From Gonapodya sp. JEL0774 (taxonomy: Eukaryota), in NCBI GenBank assembly GCA_027604505.1, contig JADIIX010000085.1, forward strand, positions 1 through 64,000: DNA of 64,000 nucleotides. The letters are read 5' to 3'. A program made the position numbers and the translations under genes. The notes under the pieces were generated by a model. The model searched no databases and was not told the DNA's origin. It saw nothing but the letters and a program-made list of their open reading frames with translations. Every line of letters begins with the position of its first letter. Positions within the stretch are counted from its first letter, which is position 1. Shown piece by piece: positions 51,935 through 61,543 of the stretch.

Positions 51935-54900
51935 TCACCGCCACCCCCTCACATCCACTTGTGGGTATCCGTATGCCTGCTGCCGATGGTGTTGCATCGG
52001 CGGCATTTGCATCTGTGGCATTTGCATCTGCGGCATTTGCATCTGCGGCATTTGCATCTGCGGCATTTGCATCTGTGGCATTTGCATCTGTGGCATTTGC
52101 ATGGTTGGAATGGGCATCGTGGGCATCTGCATCTGCATTGGGGAATTTCCGAACACGGGTTGCATCTGCTGCATTTGGAAGTTGTTTTGCATGCTTTGCA
52201 AATACTGCTGCTGTTGCTGCTGCTGGGCGTCCGCTCGCCGTTGCCGCTGCGATCGTTCACCGGGGGCTTTGACCGGCTTTGTGAATGACGATGCAGTACG
52301 TGGGGTCAGCTGAGGCGCAGATAGAGATGTGGTGGAATCGGTCACAGGCTGATCGGAAACGCAGCTCAGTGGGAAGAACCCCGACGTGCTCGTGCTGAGG
52401 TGGACACCCTGTGCGATACCATATAACAACAAACGTTTCAGAACGGTGAGATATGGACTTATGTAATGCAACCCGCCAACCAACTCACGTTAGCCCAGCT
52501 ATCATATGTCATCATGACCCAAGGAGCAGGTTCGGCGAGGTTTGGAAAATCGAAATACTTCCCATCACGAACTAATCCCGTGTGAAATTTGCAATAACAA
52601 CAGTTCGAACTCACCCATCCGCAAAATGCGCGATACAAAAGATCTCGTCGCCCACTACCAGGGTAAGCTCGTCGGCTTGTTGCGCCGAATACGCCGCCGC
52701 CACGAACAACACCTTCTTGACCGGTATTCCAGACGATCCGGCCGACGACGAGGATGCCTGTGTACGGAATGAAGATGTAGATGCTTGTGGTTGAGCTGGT
52801 GTTGTGAGCAAGCTCACTGTCGCAGGAGATTGAGGTGGGGGCGGGGACGGTGCCTGGACTGTTCCGGCAGAGGAAGAACCTGCCCCGGTGCTCGCTACGC
52901 TGGGACTCCTCAATTCACCTTGAGATGACGACGGGGACTTGTGGTGCTTATTTACGGCAAAGCTTTTCTCCAGCTCCGCAATCCTGGCCGCCTTCTCGTT
53001 CAACTGCCTCTCCAGCTCCTCCACCCGAGCCCCGCCGGCCTCCGTGGGCCCATCGCCCAAAGCCGTTGCCCTTGCACCCAGCCCATCCGCCTCCAACCTG
53101 GCCAGTTTCGCATCCTTAGCCGCCAAATCGGCCTTCAGTTGAGCCTCCCGTGCGGCAGCCTCTCTCTCAGCCCTGCGTACCTTGTCCGCGACCTCTCGAG
53201 CGGCTTGCTCCGCACGCGTCGTGGCAACGGCTAGGCTGCGCTCGAGCTCAGCAATCTGTTGAGTGGTTCCAGGCGATCGTGGGCGTGGGGTCTCCAACGC
53301 AAGATGCGCAGCCGCAGAATCGGCTCGCGCGGCGGCGAGTTCCGCGTGCATGTTCGCAATCGCGACATTCTTCTCTGAAACCTGCTTTTCCACATCCGCA
53401 ATTTTCACCTCCAGCCTGGTCGTTTTCTCCCTTTCTTTCTCCAACAGCTCCGTCGTATCACGCTCCTCCGCAGCTTCGAGAGCCCTTGCGAGTTCCATGG
53501 CTCTCTGTTCCAACGACCTCACCTCGGTCCGCGTTCTCTGGAGCGTTTTGTCGAGCTCCGATGCTCTTTCTTCGGCGGTACGAGCACGAGCTTCAGATGC
53601 CTTGCTGAGCGACTCGTACTTTTCGATCTGGTCACGCAGATCGTTCTCGAGCGCGTTAGCATCGGTGGCCCAGCGCGCGGCTTCGGATGCGCGTGCTTCA
53701 GCTGCGTTAAGCTTTTGCGCAGAGTCCGATGCGAGTTTCTGTGATTCCTCTGCCTGGCGAAGTGCGCCGGCCGCTCGGATTTCGGCGTCCTCTACCCGTT
53801 GTATCGACTGTGCCGCGATCTGTTCGGCCTCTTCCGCTTTTCGTTCGGCATTTTGAGCTCTCTTCTCCATATCCGTGGTCTTCACCTCCGCTTCTTTCCT
53901 CGCCCGTTCTGCCTCCATGACCCTTCTTTCGGCATCCCGTACCCGTTCATCCTCCTCCACTGAGCCGCTCTGTCCGTCGTGTCGGACAGCAGACGACATT
54001 GCGGTCATCAACTGCTTCTCAAGATCTTTCTTATCGCGTTCGAGATCCGCTCTGCGCGCCTGCTCTGTGGCGAGATCACGCTTGAACCTCTCCAGCTCCA
54101 CTCGGTTTCCACTGAGGGAACCTGCGGTACCGTCCGCCTCCCTATTTAGCCTTTCGATATCCCTTTCCAGCTGTCTACGTTGGGATTTTTCTGCGGTGAG
54201 GTTTTCGCGTGCGATTTGCAGATCTTTTTCGAGGGATGCGTTCTGCAACAGGAGCGAGGTGAACTTGGTGTCCAGGTCTTTGTGTTTAGCTTCGAGTGCA
54301 GTGAGGGCGTCGCGCGTGATGGCGAGTTCCTTTTCTGCAGCGGCCGTGTTTGCAGACCCTGGTACAGTGCTGGTTGCCGTCGAGGCGCTCGCACCACCCC
54401 CCCCACCCCGTCTGCCCCTCACAGGCGCCCTGACGAATCCATTATCCTTGGCCTCCTCAAGTGCCCCTTCCAAATCAACGACACGTTCTCGGAACGTCTT
54501 GACGAGGGTTTCCAATTCTGCACGGCGACCGGCATCGTCTGCGTTGTTCTGGGAAGCGAGCTTCGCTTCGGCAGAGCGAGCGCGGTCCCGCCAAACTTTG
54601 AGCTCAGATTCCACGTCAGTAAGCCGGGATTCGAGGACTTGGAGGCGGGAAGAAGTCGCATACGTGGAGCTCGAAGAGGAAGTGGGAATAGTGGTGGTTT
54701 GGGGGTTGTCATACTGAGATGCGTTGGGAATCGGTGGTAATGCTGTGTACAGATTCGAGGATACATTTGAAGGAGGAGATGGAGGTGCAAGTGACGACGA
54801 ATTCGACCCCGCAGAGGTGAGACCGCGGTATGTCTCGTTTTGGCGAAGAGCGGAGGAACCCAAAGTTCCGAACGTTTCTCCGGCGTATACAGACCGGACG

Positions 54901-55082
54901 GGAGATCGATCACGCGCAGAGGATCTGGGCGTTGGAGCCGCGCGGAGAAAAGAAGAGGAGCTTGACTGAGTTGGAGTGGGGGCAGACAAGCCCGAGGGAG
55001 CCAAGCTCGAATCTGTGCCGGAGCGTGGATTTCCAGAGGAGCCCAAACGATAAAATCGCGTGGTCGTCGCCGGTTCTGGCAT
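51935..55082 (-). CDS. Long coiled-coil protein with C-terminal SH3 domain and Q/M/P-rich tail
   Basis: About 550 aa of E/A/R/L heptad-rich helix. The SH3 reads VAAAYSAQQADELTLVVGDEI..DG|WAN|GVHLSTSTSGFFPLSCV, with WAN on a 10-nt exon (52489-52498). Confidence 0.85.
52002..52102 (-). repeat. Coding 15-bp minisatellite (6 full copies plus a partial) encoding (PQMQM)n
   Basis: ggcatttgcatctg(c/t) repeated head-to-tail on the + strand. Confidence 0.95.
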
Positions 55083-55676
55083 GGTCGTTCGTTGAATTCA
55101 CTCGCGAATGAATGGAATTCCCCGTTGTCCCTGTGGGCGGTTTGTGCCCAGATCGGAGCACCGCCGGCAGGGTCGACCTTGGCGGTAACAAAACTCGGAC
55201 AAGGGAGGGCAGGCAAGTGTTCTTTCCCCACTGCACTGTAAAATTGATCAAACACAGAATCGAGTAGCTGCAAGTATTTGGTGGAGAGAAGGGCCTCCTT
55301 TTCCTCTTCTATGCTATTGCTTGGGAATTAAAGTCTGAGCCATACTCCATGAAGGTCGATTCATGTTTGGCACACCTGGCCAGGGCGGATGATGGGGAGA
55401 TGAACAGCGCGAGGAAGAACGGTGGTGGAGAACTGCCGGTCAGCGGCGGACCAAAGCTGAAAGCCGAACCCGTGGTTGTGGGAAGTTGAACACAATATTA
55501 CAGACTTATCAGTGTTTTCATTGTAGAATCCTTGACAACTTGTCGTCAATTTCAGTATACAGTCAATAATGTCTGGGTGTGGGTCCGCGGCCCGGACGAA
55601 AACGGAGCCGCACCATCTCTGTTGTCCAGACCTTCTTCATCCGTGCTCCAAGTGTAGTCTCCGCGTATCGATTTCC

Positions 55677-57764
55677 ATGTCCTCCGGCATCCCCATCGGT
55701 GGATTCGTGGCACCAGGCTACGAGCCTGTTCTCTCTCAATTTAAGAGAAATTTCGAGATTGGGAGGGAGCTCGGTGCATCGTACTCTGCGTACGGTGAGC
55801 ATTCATTCATTTTCGCAGGCACATTCGGTCAACTTGAGATCGCTCACGCTGCTATGTCCAAATGTTTCTTCAATTTAACTAAGTTCGGGGCCAACTCGTA
55901 GTTGATCTCTGGGGTGGATGGGCCGATTCGTCCAAAACTAAGCCATGGAACAAGGACTCTCTTACAGTTGTATATTCTTGTGGCAAAGCTGTGGTGAGTA
56001 CACATTCGGTTTTGGTGCTGTGATGTCTGGCCGAGAATCCGAGCTGCACCTTGACTCCCCCCTGTGGAACCCCGCCCAGGACAGCAAGGCATGATCGTGG
56101 CCCACCTGGTTTCGCGAAATCTGATTGGCTACGATGATCCTGTTGCCAAGTACTGGCCCGAATTCGCCCAAGGAGGGAAGGAGAATGTAACCGTGGGTGC
56201 AGGGATTCTCCATGAAACCCCAGCTTTAACGCAGATAACTGACATTCAAACCATCCCTAATCAAGATCCGTGATATCTGCCAGCACGCCGCTGGTCTCTC
56301 TTTCCTCGACGATGACAACCTCATCTCACTAGACGACGTGGGTGACTTGAAGCTCGTCGCAGAAAAGCTTGCACGTCAGCCGCACAGTCACGCGGGTCAT
56401 AAAACCAAAGTATATCACGCAACGACCCAAGGATGGGTGTGTACGGTTTGATAGACCCGAGTCAGGCTGGTGAGAAACGTCTCTCACCTCACCACCGTCG
56501 TCAATTGTTCCCCTCCACCCCTGCAGTGCCTCAACGAACTCTTCCGCCGTGTCATGGGCAAGACCCACGGCCAGTTTTTGCGCGAGGTCGTCAATCCCGG
56601 GCTTGGTGTGGACGTGTACTCCGGGTTCGACGTGGACGATCCGGCTATGGAGAGCCGCTACGCCCAAGTGGTCCCTTCCGCAGCCTTCTTGAAGGCCGCA
56701 AGTAGGTACCTCGTGGCTATGGCAGCACAGACGGGAGACAGAGGGACGCATTGATCGCCAACCTCGTCACACCTCCGTTACAGCTGTCGAACCGCCACCC
56801 CCTGGTTCACTGAAATGGCGAGTTGCCCGCTCGGGGCCTCCTCGCCCCCAAGCCAACGACCATCGCGTTCGGAGGCACGAAATACCCTCTGCGTTCACGG
56901 TCACCAATGCCCGATCGGTGAGTTGAGAACAAGTCTGTGATGAATAATGCAAAAATTGGTAAGGCTTTCACATTTTCGAATGACACTTTCCCACAGCTCG
57001 CGCGAATAGCTGCACTCGTGGGTGTCATTTCTTGTCACGGTGATATCCCATGGCAACCTCACTCAGCCCCACGCCGTAAATTCTTAGTGTTCCATGGGGG
57101 GCGCCCTTTTCGACTTTGAGCTCATCGATAGATCCACACTCCTCGCATCGATCGAGGTTGACCAGTCCATGGACGGAGTCGTTGGTGAGGAGCGATCGAA
57201 ACGAGCGATGCCCAACTGCACAAGCTGCGAAATTATAACCTTGAGAACGGGGTATTTCGGCGCTCATTCCCTGCAGATTTGTTCACGGGTTTTCCCACGC
57301 GTACGTGCCGAGGTGGAGCCTCGTGGGCCAGGAACTTGGACGGGGTGAGTTTAGGACTAATTGCGGTGACATAGTCTTGATCGGGGTCCTGAACCTCACA
57401 TTTTCGATCATCTCATTTCGACATTCAGTACAAAGTTCCCACCATTGTCCCTCGCCAACAAGCTGAGTGGAGAGGCCCCGGGTGGGAGTGGACGGGTTGG
57501 ATGGGAACAGGGGGGTCGCACATTCAGGTTCGCCTGTTCTGTGACTTGCGTTTCTCCAGTACTCGGTGGCCTAACTCTGGGTGAAATGTTTCCCCCTTTG
57601 ATTTCACTTCCTAGTGGGACGTTAAGAACCAGGTCTCCTCTGCTTATGTTATGAACCTCCTCGAGCCTGGATTCGACAATAGGGGGATGAGTCTTGTCGG
57701 AGCTCTTGTAAATTGCGTGGAGGAACTCAGAAAGAAGGGTGGGCGAGTTAACTCCTCCCTATGA
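55677..57764 (+). CDS. Beta-lactamase/class C-like serine hydrolase (family VIII esterase type), multi-exon
   Basis: [27 protein letters not shown], SxxK as [46 protein letters not shown]. Confidence 0.85.
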
Positions 57765-58029
57765 AACTGGGGACAGGTGGCACAAAAGGGGAGAGTCGGT
57801 GAAACATACAGGACGAAGTAACCTTATGTTCACTTATACTACAGTTGCATAGACATAATTAGGGGATAGGATTTTATGCACAACGACATCACTTGTTGCT
57901 GGCTTGTTTCAACGGTACGGTACTCCATGAACACATATATGGGAGCGCTATCAGTCCAAGGTGAAAGTACAGAAAGTCCATCGCCGCCTGCCATCTCTCC
58001 TCAAGGGCCTCTCAGTCACCGAGATCAAC

Positions 58030-59623
58030 TTAGAAGCTCAGTTTCCTGATCCAGCCGGGCTTCTCGTTGGGCGCTCTGTCCTTCTCCAACGCTTTGCCAA
58101 CGAGATCCTCTAAACCCTCCAGTGCGTCCATCATGTGTGTCGCGACATCTCTCACGTCCATTTTCATTGCTGCTAATGATTTGATCTGCTTACGTGTCCA
58201 GGATATGGCCACCGAAGCGACCACGGTGCTGACTGCGCCAGCACATGCGGTGCCTGCGGATATCCCCAAAGACGCAACACCCGCGAGGCTGGATCCTCCG
58301 CCAGCCGTTCCAGCAGCGGCAAACGAGGACGAGACGGCGCTGGCAACCAGGGCACCTTTGGCAGCTATGGTGAAGGCGACACCACCGGCCACCAAACCAA
58401 CGACACTAGGTACACAAAGTTTGAGAGGCGAGGAAAGATTCATCAGCTCGGCGAAGTGAGAAATAGATTCAATTGCACATGAGACTGACCCTAGAACGCA
58501 GAGACTCGAGAGCACCCCCTTCTTCCTTTTGCTTTCGATAAGATTGAGTTGCAACGCTTCGCAGAGGACGGAGAGGAACTCGTAGACCTCCACAAGCTCG
58601 ACGTAAATGGCGGTGAGTATTGACAGGAACGCCGCAACTGCCAAGAGGAGAGAGTTAGTCTTGTTTGAGACCTCGAGTTACCACAACTGAACGCACGGTG
58701 CTTCTTGTTGTCGGGAGGTTTCAAGTTTGCAATTCGTTCGCAGACTCGACGCAGCTGCTCCTTTCGGAAATTTATGCCTGATGTAAGAAGAATACTGTCA
58801 TGTACAGTCCCAGAACTTGCCACGGTTATCTGTGACAGGTGGTTGCCACCAACCATCATCTAAGCCCTTGATTTCTCCAAACGCGTCTTCCGTCGCATTC
58901 AACAACATGGTCGCATGCGCCGCTCCCTCCCAGAGGTTCCTTAGCTGTTCAGCACCAATTTCTCCGCCCATAAGACCGGAGATATTTGCTGGTAGTGGTG
59001 GAAGGGTTGCAAGATCATCCGGGTTTGGCTTGGAGCGAGAATCTTCGTATTCGGAGAGGGGCGTAACGAGGGGAGACTTGAGAAGGAATGAGCCAGCTAC
59101 TCACCTTCAAGTGGGGGTGGCGCGAGGAGCCTAATGCATTTGAGCCTTAGCTCTCGTAGCTGGGGTAAGAGTTCTGTTGCAAATATAGAGGAGCCCGAAG
59201 GGAGACGCGGATTGAGCAACCAAAATTAGAGACGGTAAGCTGAATCGATGAACTATGCAGCTCAGCGTACCTGGGTTAACAGAACTGGGCTTTTCAAAGG
59301 GGATTCGGACATGAAATACTGTTGTTTGTCGTTGTTTGTCAATCACAACAGTCAGGAAACAGTAATACCACGACCGAGAACACGGTGATATTTTTCATTA
59401 CCATCAGCTAAAGCTTTAAGTCTTGATGTGAGGACTGGTGGGATTTCTCATCGTTAGAGAAGACTCTGAATTGGCATTATCAGTGTCGCCCAGGAACTAC
59501 GCACCTGGCGGCATCCGTGGCCGCTATTGAAGTCGCTGTGCGCAGTGCAAAGTCAGTTTCGATTCCAGTGTCAGTGTCGAGTGTCCACGTCTTGTGTTTT
59601 GTGGCTGGTTCGCGGGATGTCAT
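58030..59623 (-). CDS. Hypothetical protein with a C-terminal Gly/Ala-rich hydrophobic region (5' exons uncertain)
   Basis: 204-aa terminal exon with VGLVAGGVAFTIAAKGALVASAVSSSFAAAGTAGGGSSLAGVASLGISAG; upstream exon-like frames bounded by GT/AG. The start is inferred. Confidence 0.5.
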
Positions 59624-59984
59624 TCAGTGCTCCGGTGGCACTTGTGTTGGTTGCCCAATCATCAACACATAATTTGTCTCGCTCGGTTTGCATGTCGTAC
59701 CACTGACTGAGCCATTCCGGCCACTCAATCACACATGGCGTACTGTAGAATGTAATTTCATGGATTGGGAAACGGTGTTCTTCAGTCACCGACTCTATAC
59801 ATTATCGTTCTGTATTCTTCGACATAAGAGGGGAAGGTTTATTAAGGAACTTCAGAATTGAGCAGACGAGACGGAAGGTTTGATTTCCAAAAAGGACGAA
59901 ACCAGGTGGGGCTTGGCGGCCGAAGGAGTGCTGCAAAACTGTCCCCAATTACGCCTCCAACCAACCCGTCAGATCATTGAGACG

Positions 59985-61263
59985 ATGATACCACGGTTAT
60001 CTCAGCGAAGCTCATTCTCGGCCATTGGACTCGCTCTCCTGGGATCCCTGCTTTTATTTCCGTCGGAATCCCTCGCCCAGACGACTGCAAAGGACTGTGC
60101 TGTGTTCGAGTAAGAGCAATCACTGCTCTTGTCTGTTCAGGAAGACAATCAAAAACCCTCCGTCTATCTTGGCTTTTTTTCTGGGTAATCCGTTCCTTGC
60201 GATTGCCATTACCAGGCAGCTGTACGACCAGTCAGGTTTGCCATTCAAATGGACGCGGGGCCAATGCTGTAATGCAGATTCCGGCATCGGAGAGGGTCAT
60301 ATAACATGCAATGATGCGGGGCGCATCACTGTAGCTTACCTTCCGGAGCAGGGTTTATCGGGGTGTATTCCGAACATCCAAGGGTTGGATAAAATGGAGC
60401 AAATCTATCTGTTCGGCAACAAGCTTACGGGAAATGTTCCTACATTTGCTGGAATGATCAACTTGCAGTGGATTTCGCTTTGGAATAAGTGGGTTTCATA
60501 TGCTGCTCAATTGCCATATGGTCATCTCCTCTAATATAAACGACACCTGAAGCTCCCTGACCGGCCCCATTCCCCCATCTCTATCTACCCTCACAAATCT
60601 TGTTCGCGTTTATTTGGATGACAAGTAAGATAATGTCAGCTACTGTCTTGACACGACGAATGTCTTACTCAAACTGTCATACCAATACCGACTTCCAGCT
60701 TCCTTACGGGCCCCATTCCCGATCTCCGAGGCCTCACAAAGCTGGATTATGGAGAGTTCTACAACAACAACCTCACAGGCTCGGTGGACTCCATCATGCC
60801 CGCCCAACTGGCCCACTGCTACTTCACTTACAGTAACACCAACCCTGGGCTGTACACTTGCACCAATGACTTCCCCGCGACCTGCCTGGACAGAGGTGAT
60901 GTAATTCGCCGCGCGGATCCTTGCCCGCCACCCCCTCCACCGAGTGTGGAGCCAAATCAGGTGTGCACATTCCCGGCGAGTGCCTCACCCCAAAGTTCAT
61001 CTGCGGCGACACCGACAGCCTCCAGCTCTAGTACGCCAGGCACTGCAGGCAGTGCAAGCGCCTCGACGATGGTAATCGCTGCTACTTCCTCTACAGGACA
61101 GAAAGCGACTTCTACCGTCTCACTACCAGCTGCCGCGAACAGTGGAGTGGACGTTGGTCCTGCCGCTTCTACATCAAAGGCGAGCAGCGCTGCCGGGAAA
61201 AGTTCTGGTAGCATCGGTCTGGTCGTTTTAGGTGCCGTTGTATTAATGGCACGATTTGCATGA
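59985..61263 (+). CDS. Secreted, probably GPI-anchored LRR protein
   Basis: Signal AIGLALLGSLLLFPSESLA; DCAVFE|QLYDQS..W..GQCC..ITC..GRIT; LSGCIPNI..LFGNKLTGNVP; LTGPIP; S/T/A-rich stalk; ends SSGSIGLVVLGAVVLMARFA* with no cytoplasmic tail. Confidence 0.82.
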
Positions 61264-61543
61264 TTTCCGGAGGGACATGCTCGTTGCAAAAAATTGCATG
61301 GACACAGCAACGCACATACAAATCAACTACATTAGCTTTTATGGTCGGTTCTAGAATGCCGCGTACCTATTCCCGCGATAACTTATGTTTCAATGTGTGA
61401 GGCAAAATGACACCCTCGCAAACAACTCGCAATGCCATAGTCCGGTCGTAGAGCTATTTGATGCGCGATTCCAATAGAATTATAATATAAACATTGGCTG
61501 GAACATGTTGCGTGTTTTTTGAGTGCATATTCATTTCCTAAAG

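Noticed and set aside
52002..52102. Repeat array as CRISPR
   Set aside because: Head-to-tail 15-mers with no spacers, inside a eukaryotic exon, with no cas genes.
51894..52313. Cys-rich (CGICI)n ORF resembling metallothionein or keratin-associated protein, and the (HLRHL)n ORF
   Set aside because: These are antisense readings of the PQMQM minisatellite in the SH3 gene.
55477..55484. TGTGGGAA CSL consensus site in a divergent promoter
   Set aside because: A single short match is expected by chance in 64 kb; similar words occur inside coding exons.
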